Shown here: piece by piece, positions 51,730-61,865 of the stretch
Position numbering within the stretch: position 1 is the first letter of the stretch
Layout: every line of letters begins with the position of its first letter
Assembly: GCF_004010195.1 (NCBI RefSeq)
Contig: NC_057753.1
Span: forward strand, 2,191,243 to 2,253,107
DNA: 61,865 nt
Reading direction: 5' to 3'
Source of the DNA: Chiloscyllium plagiosum
Lineage: Eukaryota
The notes under the pieces: model-generated
The model's input: only the letters and a program-made list of their open reading frames with translations
Databases searched by the model: none
What the model was told of the DNA's origin: nothing
Program-made: the position numbers and the translations under genes

Positions 51730-52292
51730 GTGTGGCGCTGGAAAAGCACATCAGGTCAAGCAGCATCTGAGAAGCAGGAAAATCGACATTTCAGGCATAA
51801 NNNNNNNNNNNNNNNNNNNGGGGGGGGGAGGGGAGATGAGGAAACTGGTGAAATCTACTTTGATGCTGGGAAGAGACAGTGCATTATCCTCTGCTATTTC
51901 CACCACCTACAATCTGACCCCACCACCAGAGATACATTTCTCTCCCCAACCCTATCAGTATTTCGCAGAGATCATTCCCTCCTCGACTCCCTTGATAGGT
52001 CCACGCCTCCCCATGAACCCACCCTCCACTCCTGGCATCTTCACTTGCCACTGCAAGAGGTGTAAAACCTGTGCCTACACCCCCCTCACCTTCATCCGAG
52101 GCCCTAAAGGATCTTTCCATGTCTGGCAGAGATTTTTCCGCACATCCAAACACCTCATCTACCATGTCTGTTGTTCTCACTGTGGTCTCTTCTGCATTGG
52201 AGAGACAGGACACCAACTTGCAGAACGTTTCAAGGAACATCTCTGTAGGACACACACCAAATAACCTCCCCCTCCCAATCCTGTAGCTGAGA
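51730..52292 (+). mobile_element. Penelope-like GIY-YIG fragment
   Basis: PGIFTCHCKRCKTC..LIYHVCCSHCGLFCIGETGHQLAERFKEHL. Confidence 0.8.
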
Positions 52293-52579
52293 TGACTGAA
52301 CTTCAACAAACACAAACATCTTCCTGTATGCCAGGTATGACTCAAACCAGTTTGCCGCGGATACCTATTGATTTCAGTTTTGCTCCTTGATGCCATACTT
52401 AAGGATTCACAGATAATATTAAAGTTTCAAAAGAAAAAAATGTGAAGAGGCAAATTAAACTAAATGGAACAGTTGAGAACAGTGACTTAAGAATGTATGG
52501 TCACAATCTTTGAAAGTGATAGAACAAGTTAGTCAAGCTGCTTGAAAAAAAATTAAATGCACAGGGTCCTCCAATTTAT

Positions 52580-53066
52580 TAATTGTGTGCAATTCTGATC
52601 TCCCTCCTACAGGAAGGATGTTGTGAAACTTGAAAGGGTTCAGAAAAGATTGACAACGGTGTTGTCAGGGTTGGAGGATTTGAGCTATAGGGAAAAGCTG
52701 AACAGGTTGGGACTGTTTTCCCTGGAGCATAAGAGGATGAGGGGTGACCTTATAGAGTTTTATAAAATCAAAAGTGGCATGGAAAGGCTAAATAGACAAG
52801 TCCTTTTTCCTGGGGTGCGGGAATCCAGAACCAAAGGACATAGGTTTACGGTGAAAGGGGAAAGATTTAAAAGGGGCAACCTTTTCACACAGACGGTGGT
52901 GCATGTATGGAATGAGCTGCTAGGGGAGGTGGCGGAGGTTGGAAAAATTCCAATATTTAAAAGGCATCTGAATGGGTATATGAATAGGATGGATTTGGAG
53001 GGACTAAATTAATATAGGATGTCTGGTTGGCATGGACGTGTTGAACCAAAGGATTTGTTTCCATGC
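52580..53066 (+). mobile_element. CR1 3' end
   Basis: ORF 52623-53012 KLERVQKRLT...WNELL. Confidence 0.88.
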
Positions 53067-53122
53067 CTCTTAAGACATAATTAATCTTGACAAATCACTG
53101 ACTGATTCTCAGCTGAAACATT

Positions 53123-53475
53123 GGGCGGCACGGTGGTACAGTGGTTAGCACTGCTGCCTCACAGCGCCTGAGACCCGGGTTCACTTCCCGCCTCAGGCGA
53201 CAGCGCCTGAGACCCGGGTTCACTTCCCGCCTCAGGCGAGTGACTGTGTGGAGTTTGCACGTTCTCCCCGTGTCTGCGTGGGTTTCCTCCGGGTGCTCCG
53301 GTTTCCTCCCACAGTCCAAAGATGTGCAGGGTCAGGTGAATTGGCCATGCTAAATTGCCGTAGTGTTAGGTAACGGGTAAATGTAGGGGTATGGGTGGGT
53401 TTCGCTTCGGCGAGTCGGTGTGGACTTGTTGGGCCGAAGGGCCTGTTTCCACACTGTAATGTAATCTAATCTAAT
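53123..53475 (+). mobile_element. Young V-SINE with an internal 39-bp tandem duplication
   Basis: 53161-53199 is identical to 53200-53238. Confidence 0.92.
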
Positions 53476-53774
53476 TGTGCACAACTCTTGCGGCCCAGTG
53501 TTTTGGAGTGATATTTGGGCCTTGTATGGACAACTTCCCAGAACATCACCAGAGACAAGGGCTTTCAGTTTTAGTGGAGAGACTGCGATTCCTCTGCTCA
53601 GACAGGGAAGGTGGAGAAAAGTAGGTTCAAATATTTGCAGGAGCATTACCCCACCCGGGGAGAAATGGATTGGATTGTCACGATAATTGTTGCACGCACA
53701 AGCTAGCTTTAAGAGAATGGGGTGAAGGTGAGGAGAACCATTGTGCATTGCCCAGTTTCCATGATCAGCAATAC

Positions 53775-54370
53775 AATAACTTCCCAATAGGGCAGTCTCT
53801 CAGCCAATAAGGAAGCTTTCGGATTCAGTCCCGCCCTTCATTCACTCCCATTGGATCGAAGACCAACTGCTGAATTTGGCCCTCCAGCATGGTGCCCACT
53901 TCCTATTGGTCAGGCCTTGCCGTCAATCAGCCGGTACTGCCCCGTAGGCGTGGGCATGCGCGGTGCCGGTGTGTCGCTCCGTTCGGCAATGCGCATGCGC
54001 GGTTGCCATTTCTCCGCAGGCTGAGGGTCGTCGGTGTCGTTTTTTATGGATCGCAAAAGGTGAGAGTCAGGGTGAGAAGGTGGAGCGGTAGACAGGCAGC
54101 GGGTGGGCGGAGAGGATTAGGCAAGCGCCTTGGGTCAGCCGCAAACTCTGAAAAGAGCCCACCTCACCCCGCCTCCCTCCTTCCTTTGCACCAAACGGAA
54201 AAAAGGCGCCAGACTTCCTCCCGGTGGAGACAGCAGCCATCTTTGTTAGGGGCAGTGCGCAGCGGAGGAATGTCGCGTGTGTGCCGTCATTGTTAGGGGC
54301 CATCTTTGTTGGGGGCAAGGTTTGGAATGACTGGGCGGAGCTTGCTGCCCATTGTCCCAAATGGAGGCAT
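53775..54370 (+). promoter_or_regulatory. CpG-island promoter 3 with first exon (donor 54059|54060) of ZNF 55112-55987
   Basis: Four CCAAT/ATTGG boxes, GC box at 53829, TGCGCATGCGC (NRF1-type) at 53990-54000, an AAG|GTGAGA donor, and three YY1-like motifs at 54236-54317. Acceptor at 55002. Confidence 0.8.
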
Positions 54371-54532
54371 TGTCCATTCAACCTTGTCTATTGGCCTCTC
54401 ACACCCAGTGTTTTTTCCATGAGCCACAGCCAGAAAAGGAAGAGAAATCCTGCTTTGCAAATTCCATTTCCTCAGGTTTTCCTGATGATCCCACAAGTTA
54501 ACAAGAGTTACAACAAGAACGAGAATCGCTGA

Positions 54533-54823
54533 AGTGTGGAAACAGACCCTAAGGCCCAACAAGTCGACACCAACAGTGCAGAGGGTATCTCACCCAGGAC
54601 CCACTTCCTATAACTCTACATTTACCCCTGACTAATTCACCTGACCTACACATCCCCAAACACTACAGGCAATTTAGCACAGTCAGTTCACCCTAACCTG
54701 CACATGTTTGGACTGTGGGAGGAAACCAGAGCACCCAGAGCATACAATTGTCCTGAGGCTGGAATTGAACCTGGGTCCCTGGCGCTGTGAGGCAGCAGTG
54801 CTAGCCACTGAGCCACCATGCCG
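54533..54823 (-). mobile_element. V-SINE in intron 1 of the second ZNF gene
   Basis: Similar to the other copies. Confidence 0.8.
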
Positions 54824-55111
54824 TCCAAAGAGAAAACAAAAATTTTGACAGCACTTCTGATAATGCCCACTCTCCCCTAGCACTTACCCTCAGACAGTGC
54901 CTGTTCTCAGTCTGTGATGACACTCCAACAATGTAGTCACTCCATTTCACAGCTTTTCTGCATCTCTCACTCACTTACTGCTCTTTTCACTTGGTGAAAT
55001 AGGGTGTTTGAAAGGGAAGACCTGCAGTCAGGAAATTGAAACCAAGCATCACATCAGGATCTGACAGAGTCGTTCAATGTAGCATAACCTGAATTTCATC
55101 GGATTTGGAAC

Positions 55112-55987
55112 ATGGAGGGAGACAGCACTGTTCACAGTGGGGAGAAGTTGTACACATGTTCTGAGTGTGGACGAGGCTTCAACCGATCATCTGGCCTTTT
55201 GAGACACAAACAAACTCACAGTGGGGAGAAACCACGCAAGTGTGGTGACTGTGGGAAAGGGTTTAGATGCCCATCTGAACTGGAAAGGCATCGGCGTATT
55301 CACACTGGGGAGAGGCCATTTATCTGCTCTGAATGTGGGAAAGGATTCACCCAGTTGTCCACCCTGCAGGAACACCAGCAGGTTCACTCTGAGGACAGAC
55401 CTTTCAAATGTCCGAACTGTGGGAAATGTTTTAAAAGTTCTGGGGAGTTGATGACGCATCAACGTGTTCACAGTGATGAGAGACCCTTTAGTTGTACGGA
55501 CTGTGGGAAGTGCTTCAGAAGTTCTGGTGAATTGATGTCCCATCAGCGAGTTCACACTGACGAAAGACCTTTTAAATGCTCAGACTGCGGGAAGTGCTTT
55601 AAAAGTTCTGGGAACCTTATGGCACATCAGCGAGTTCACACTGTCGAGCGACCTTTTAAGTGTTCTAACTGCGGCAAATGCTTTAAGAGTTCCTGGAACC
55701 TGATAGAACATCAACGCGTTCACACTGACGAGAGACCATTCAGGTGCTCTCACTGTGGGACAGGGTTCAAGCATTCATCGCAACTTACTGTACACCAGCG
55801 AATTCACACCGGGGAGAGGCCGTTCACCTGCTCTGTGTGTGGGAGTGGATTCACTCAGTCATCCGACCTTCTGAAACACCAGCGCCTGCACACAGGGGAG
55901 CGGCCATTCATCTGCTCTGAGTGTGGCAAGGGATTCAGTCAGTCATCCCACCTGCTGAAGCACCAGCGAGTTCACAAGCAATGGTAG
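55112..55987 (+). CDS. Tandem C2H2 zinc-finger protein (291 aa; 10 fingers; no effector domain visible)
   Basis: Uninterrupted ORF with 10 C2H2 repeats and TGERPF/TDERPF linkers. Acceptor AG at 55001-55002, two in-frame stops upstream of the ATG, and AATAAA at 56084-56089. Confidence 0.95.
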   Translation: MEGDSTVHSGEKLYTCSECGRGFNRSSGLLRHKQTHSGEKPRKCGDCGKGFRCPSELERHRRIHTGERPFICSECGKGFTQLSTLQEHQQVHSEDRPFKCPNCGKCFKSSGELMTHQRVHSDERPFSCTDCGKCFRSSGELMSHQRVHTDERPFKCSDCGKCFKSSGNLMAHQRVHTVERPFKCSNCGKCFKSSWNLIEHQRVHTDERPFRCSHCGTGFKHSSQLTVHQRIHTGERPFTCSVCGSGFTQSSDLLKHQRLHTGERPFICSECGKGFSQSSHLLKHQRVHKQW

Positions 55988-56083
55988 TGGCTGGATCTTG
56001 CTATTGAAGCACACCTCGGACTGAATTGTATTCATTGGGGTCCGTTTCTGGTGGTGTTGGGTATCAGAGGTGTTAGTAATCTG

Positions 56084-56089
56084 AATAAA
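56084..56089 (+). terminator. Candidate polyadenylation signal of the second ZNF gene
   Basis: AATAAA about 100 nt after the stop codon, followed by T/GT-rich sequence. Confidence 0.6.
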
Positions 56090-56289
56090 GTCAAACCAGC
56101 TTTCTTTGAAACACACAGTGTGCTGATTCTTTCTAATGTCTCCAACACAAGTTACTTCCTTGTGAAGGGCTCGCTCTCATCCCCTCTATCGTCACCTCCA
56201 ACAAGAAATACAAGGAGCCAATGGAGCTTCTTTGTCACTGAGACTGAGCCTTTGCAGCTTCCCTCCCCTTCCCCCACTGGATCCAATTG

Positions 56290-57250
56290 TCCCTAAAGTC
56301 CCACCTTGCCTGAGCCCTGAACTGATGTCTTGCTTCACTTTCTCTTCCATCTCCCCTCAAGCCCTCTCAGACCTTACATGTCCATGAGACCCACCTCCTG
56401 ACCCATCAACCCTATTCTCAATAAATTATTCTCACACAACTCCCGTTTTCGCTGAGGTTGTTAACACGTCTACCTCTTTGGGTATTGTCTTACTCTCCTT
56501 TAACTCTACTGCCATCACTTTTTCTGTAAACAAACCATGACCACACTGTTATTTGCAAACTACTGCTTTATCTCCAACATTCCTTTCCTCTCTAAACGTC
56601 TTGAACATTTTGCCATATCCCGGATCCGTGCACATCTTTCCCTCAACTCCAGGTCTTTAATGCTCCCCTTAGGTTTTTGTACTGTAACAATGAAACTGCT
56701 CTTATTAAAGCCACATCCTTTATGACGGACTGTATCTCTTCTCATCCTTGTTGATCTGACTGCAACTTTGGACAAGGATCACTACACCATTCTGGTCCAA
56801 AACCCCTCTAGTCGTCCAGCTGAGTGGGGTTGCTCTCTCCTGCTTCCACTCTTGTCTGTTTGATCAGGGTCTCACTAGTAATGTATATCCTTCACAATCC
56901 CACAGTTACCTCTTGTGAACCCAAAGGGTCCAGCCTTGGCCTCCTCTTATTTCTCAGCAACATGCCCCCACAATAACAACATCATCTGAAAGCAGTCCCT
57001 GTTCTCACATGTGGAATGATAGCTCCCAGCTCTATCTCTCCACTGATCCTTTCATCCTCTCCACTGTTGTTCAATGATCAGTCTATTTCTCTGATGTCCA
57101 GTGCTGGATGTGTAGAACTCTCCAATTCAATATTAGGAAGACTGAAATCATTGTTTTCATGTCCACACTCCCAGCTGTATCCCTCTCCCTGTCTGAGACT
57201 GAACTAGACATTTTGCACCTTTGTGTCATGTTTAAACTCAAGTTAAATTT
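56290..57250 (+). mobile_element. Old L2-clade LINE RT fragment
   Basis: ANYCFISNIPFLSKRLE, LILVDLTATLD, PKGSSLG and HMWNDSSQLY (degenerate NYRPISNLPFLSK, LDLSAAFD, PQGS and YADDTQLY). Confidence 0.75.
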
Positions 57251-57567
57251 CTGACTCGGGTGTTTGTTCTGGTCAGTGTCCAATTACACTCTCCAGGTTT
57301 TCTCTCTCCCGTTCTTTAAAGTGGTGACTCAGTCTATGGGACAAAGGGTCTTTGGTGTTCATATCCTCAGTTTTGTAAAACCCTAACAAAGGGAGTTCGC
57401 TCTGATCAGTCACTCTGTTAATGTCCCTCTATCGCATGGTCTTCACTGGTTGACTGGACTACCCTCAGCTGCAGAGAGCAGTATGGACCTGGAACACCCT
57501 GCCTGCAACAGTAGTAGACTCGCCACTGTTAACTGCATTTAAATGGTCATCGCATAGACACCAGGAC

Positions 57568-58035
57568 TCAATGGTTCTGAGCTATAGCGAGGTTGGACAA
57601 GTTAGGACCTTTTTCTTTAGAGCATAGGAGACTGGTGGGGGGGGGGGGGAAGATGGGGTGTATCTTATAGAAGTGTATCAGATCATGAGAAGCATGGATA
57701 GAGTGAATGCACTCAGTCTTTTTTCCAAGTTTGGGGAATAAAGGACAAGAGGGCATCAGTTTAAGGTTAGAGGGGAATGAATAAAAGGGAACCTGAGGGG
57801 CAACTTTTTTTGACACAGAGGATGAGACACATATGGAATGAGCTGCCAGCAGAAGTGGTTGAGATGGTGCATTAACAACAATAACATTTAAAGGACATTT
57901 GGACAAATAAATGGATACGAAATGTTTAGAAGGATATGGGACAAGTGCAGGGAAACGAGGTTAGCGTTGATGGACATTTAGGTCAGCATGGACCAATTTG
58001 GGATGAAGGGCCTGTCTCCATGGTGTAGAACTCTA
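57568..58035 (+). mobile_element. CR1 3' end, followed by a partial minus-strand V-SINE (58037-58190)
   Basis: LSYSEVGQVRTFFFR-type degenerate segment, WNELP, and the tail. Confidence 0.8.
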
Positions 58036-58394
58036 CGAATCCACATTGACCCTCTGAACATCATCTCACCAGTCCCACCCCTTAACCTGACCCTTGTAAC
58101 CCTGCATTTCCTATGGATAATACACATCGTCTGCATATCCCTGGATACCACAGTCAATTTAGTATGGCCAATCCATCTAACCTGCACATCTCCTCCTTCT
58201 GTCTCTATCTATCCCCTATCGTGAATATTCCCTGTATTCTCTTTAATAGTGATATCTCCTTTTTGTTGTCATACAAATGGTTGAGTGGATGACATTTGCT
58301 GTCATCACCTGACATTCATGGGGTCTCTGCTGGGAAATTACGTTATCTGCTAATATGGTAGTACTTCTAAACATTTTTTTTTACCTCTATGTTT

Positions 58395-59400
58395 CTGCCT
58401 TACAATCGCAGCATCCATCTAGCAATTCTGTTTTGGCTCACCATGCCATCTAGCAATAGCTGGATAGGTGCATGTTCCATCAACGTGTTCAAGCCTACAA
58501 TGTAGCTAAAATGTTGTACCACCCAGAACAATGCCAATGAGTGCCTTTCGCACGCCATGTAGCCCTGCTCCATTGGTATGAGCATGAGCGAGTCACAGTC
58601 GACTGACCATGCTCCTCTTGCAACAAGACTGCAGAAATTGTGCAATGTATTGCAGCCACTTCCAGGGGAATGGTTTGAGTGGGTTCAGGGATTTGTGAGC
58701 AGAAGCACGTACCGATCCCTGTTTCAAAGTTGTTGCTCGTGTGTGTTCTGGCTTCCATCCCCACGGTGCACTTCTCTTCAGTAGCAAGATTGATGCCACC
58801 TTTGTGACAAAAGCATCAATATCATCTCTACAATGTCCAATCAGGCCTAAAAATGACCGTAATGCCTTCACATCGAAGGGGACAGGAAGTCTAGCTGCAG
58901 TTTCAGTTTGTTGCCTGTCTATCTCCTTCAGCACCACCCCAATGTCATTCACTTCTTCCCTCATTTTGTCAGCCTTTATTGTGTTCACTTTCAATTCCAA
59001 CTCCTTTAGTAGTCGCGACAACTCCTTCAGGAGCTGGTACTGCTCCTGTGTAGTTCTTGTTTGCAAAAGCAGATCATTTACATATTGTATCAGAATTGAC
59101 AGCTGGTCAGGCAGCTTTCAAGGAACAGGAGAATTGACGTTTCAGGCATAAGCCCTTCATCATGATTCGTGATGAAGGGCTGATGCCTGAAACATCGATT
59201 CTCCTGCTCCCTAGATGCTGCCTGACCTGCTGTGCTTTTCTAGCACCACACTCTCGACTCTTGATCTCCAGCATCTGCAGTCCTTACTTTCTCCTAAATA
59301 CTGTATCAGACAGTCTGGCCGAGAGAAACATCATAACCCAGTGCTCAACCGCTGACAAAATGTTAATGAGGAATTCAGAAATTCTTGAGGCAAAGCTGTC
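58395..59400 (-). mobile_element. Decayed LTR-retroelement/ERV pol (RT and RNase H-like), split by a PLE hairpin at 59095-59301
   Basis: SRPDC|LIQYVNDLLLQT (YVDD-like), VKALRSFLGLIGHCR, GYMACERHSLALFWVVQHF and RIARWMLRL. TGTATCAGA is duplicated at 59086 and 59302. Confidence 0.8.
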
Positions 59401-59726
59401 CATGTACACTGTTACCTGGTGGGGGGGCGGGGGGATGGGGCATCAGGCCTGCGGGGCTGAGCTAGAGGACCTATCATCAGGTGGCAGCCTTCAGTCATTG
59501 TAATCCTCCCCATATCGGATGGTCTTGACAACCAATGGGCCCCTGCCCCAGTTTACAGCATTAGTCTCGTCCCATCCTTCCTCAAATGGATGTCGGAGCC
59601 AAACACACACATTATTCTTCGTGGTGATATCTGACTCTGTGTCTGCCTCACACACTTACTCCGATCGCCCCCGGCGCCCTTTCACTCCTGCACTGACTTA
59701 CGCACTACAGTAATAGCCATTTTCAA

Positions 59727-60037
59727 ATTAGATTAGGTTCCCTACAGTGTGGAAACAGGCTCTTCAGCCCAACCAGTCCACACCGATCCTCCGAAGAGTA
59801 ACCCACCCAGACCCATTCCCCTCTGACTAATGCACCTAACATTATGGGCAATTTAGCATGGCCAATTCACCTGACCTGCTCATCTTTGGACTGTGGGAGG
59901 AAACCGGAGCACTCGGAGGAAACCCACACAGGCACAGGGAGAATGTGCAAAGTCCACACAGAGTCACCCGAGGCTGGAATCGAACCTGGGACCCTGGTGC
60001 TGAGTCAGCAGTGCTAACCACTGAGCCACCGTGCCGC
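59727..60037 (-). mobile_element. HE1-like V-SINE
   Basis: Similar to the other copies. Confidence 0.88.
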
Positions 60038-60437
60038 CTCACAGCACTGCTTCCTCTGTCTGTGCCTTAGCCCCTTTTAGTTTTCACTTTTCTCCATTTC
60101 TCTCATTTACTTTTCACACTGCACTGATATTAGTTCATACACGTGAGATCCACACTTCTCTGATTTTGTAAATCGTTGATCTTCTCCATCAGTCATTTTA
60201 TCTCTATGCCAGTCTGCCTCCTTTTTTTGCTTCTGGCTGCCTGTTTAATCTTCCAACATACATCCGATCTCTGCATTTCCTATCGAGCCCATTAGGGGCA
60301 CCAAACTCTGTTGTCCATCTCTGAATGACAACACTTGGTGCAGAGAGAACAACTGAGTCTCTTAGAGCTCTTTAACAAGTATAACTTTATATAAACGAGT
60401 AATCATGAATAAGTACAATAACGTAATATATATATTT

Positions 60438-60755
60438 TATAAGATGATCAGGGGAATAGATAGAGTAGACAGTCAGAAACTTTTTCCCCCGGGTACAACA
60501 GAGCGTTACAAGGGGACATAAATTTAAGGTGAAGGGTGGAAGGTATAGGGGAGACGTCAGGGGTGGGTTCTTTACCCAGATAGTGATGGGGGCATGGAAT
60601 GCGCTGCCTGTGGCAGTGGCAGAGTCAGAATCATTGGTGACCTTTAAGCGGCAATTGGATAGGTACATGGATGGGTGCTTAAGCTAGGACAAATGTTCAG
60701 CACAACATCGTGGGCCGAAGGGCCTGTTCTGTGCTGTATTGTTCTATGTTCTATA
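60438..60755 (+). mobile_element. CR1 3' end with tail
   Basis: FFTQIVMGAWNALP; tail GGGCCGAAGGGCCTGTTCTGTGCTGTATTGTTCTATGTTCTAT. Confidence 0.88.
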
Positions 60756-61865
60756 TAATTTTGAGACATCCTAACAGTTTCCCTCTGGATTCACTGAATC
60801 CGTGACAACACGGGACAGCTTCAGCTGGCCAGGTTTGTACTAGCCACATCTTCTGACCTGGGCTTCCCTCACTTCTTCACGATGGCTGGTTTCCAGAATT
60901 GCTGTTGATCACAGGGTCTCCTCAGGCTACTTGTGTTTTGGACTCTGTCCAGTGTACGACTTCATCCACCTTCCATGTTTGGGAACCGTTTGTTCTTTTA
61001 CCCGATCTTAGCCCAAACAGTTTGACCGTATAACAGTCTGATCACCCCACTCCAGCCACAGACCTTATTTGATAATCAGTTTCCCCAGAGTCACTCCACC
61101 TGAACGGCTGAGTTCAGTACAGCCCAAATGGAAAGTTTGGGTCTGAGTTCTGGTATCTTCAGCCTCACTCCACAGAAGCAAAGCAGTCACTTTGTTTTCA
61201 ATCAACAGTCATAAGATAAGTGTTCAACACAGGTTTAACATGGAAATAAGCAGCAAAATATAAATGTACATTAAATAAAACAAAACTGCAGAAGATGGTG
61301 ATTGCCTGCTGTGAGCTTACAATTCCAACCCTGTCAAATAAACTAGCTCACAACAACACATCAGCTTTCATTACTTTGGATCACAGTGTCAGAGGGTTGA
61401 AAAGAGTCAGCTGTTCCCTTCATGTGGAGAAGAGAAACTCTTCAGGTTAGTTCAGAGCTTTCTCTTCCTCAGGTCTATTCTAACAAGCTGTGTCTACCTG
61501 AGCTACATTTATACGGACTCACCAAACACTGAGCTGATTCCCCACCCCCCCCACCCCCACAAAACCACCGCAACCCCTCCCCACCCAACCTCCCTTAAAA
61601 ACCAGCGAGTGCACGCACTTCTGGGCAGCGATCATCCCTGGGGCTACTGTGGTCTTCAGGCACTTGCCAAACTCTGACAGGCCCCTTGAAGGGTCTCAGC
61701 TCCACCTTCCTGTCTTTACCCCAGTAATGCAGGATTTCCCCTTCCTGATTAAAATCTGTCTCTCTCATCCTGGAATACCTGCAACCCACCTCCCCTGTCC
61801 TTATCAGCTTTCTGCGGTAAAGACTTTCACTCACTGACTCAGTGATTCACCCCCCATCCAACCCC

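Overview
This is repeat-rich vertebrate genomic DNA, most likely from a shark. The taxon is inferred from HE1-like V-SINEs that share a 3' tail with CR1/HER1-like LINEs. There are four assembly gaps. The only intact host coding regions I can support are two paralogous tandem C2H2 zinc-finger ORFs with no effector domain (46015-46887 and 55112-55987, both +, about 10 fingers each). Three CpG-island promoters (about 25.1, 32.5 and 53.8 kb) share a fixed-spacing module, TGATTGAYGGCA/CCAAT/CCAAT-GTGAA/GC-box, which is inverted in the third. Two of them also carry a 19-bp YY1-like intronic motif. A homologous leader segment (peptide-like 'EDLxxGxSNQTSHQDLT') recurs at five candidate splice acceptors without keeping reading frame. 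The rest is CR1, L2 and RTE LINE fragments, about 20 V-SINE copies, decayed LTR/ERV pieces, Tigger-like MITEs, an R2-like relic and many Penelope-like element (PLE) termini. The PLE termini carry minimal hammerhead-ribozyme motifs, and some form hairpins with their own target-site duplications (TSDs). A ~4.4 kb satellite (~100-110 bp unit) abuts the first promoter, and its monomer resembles the CR1/SINE 3' tail. All calls were made by eye, and TE boundaries are approximate.
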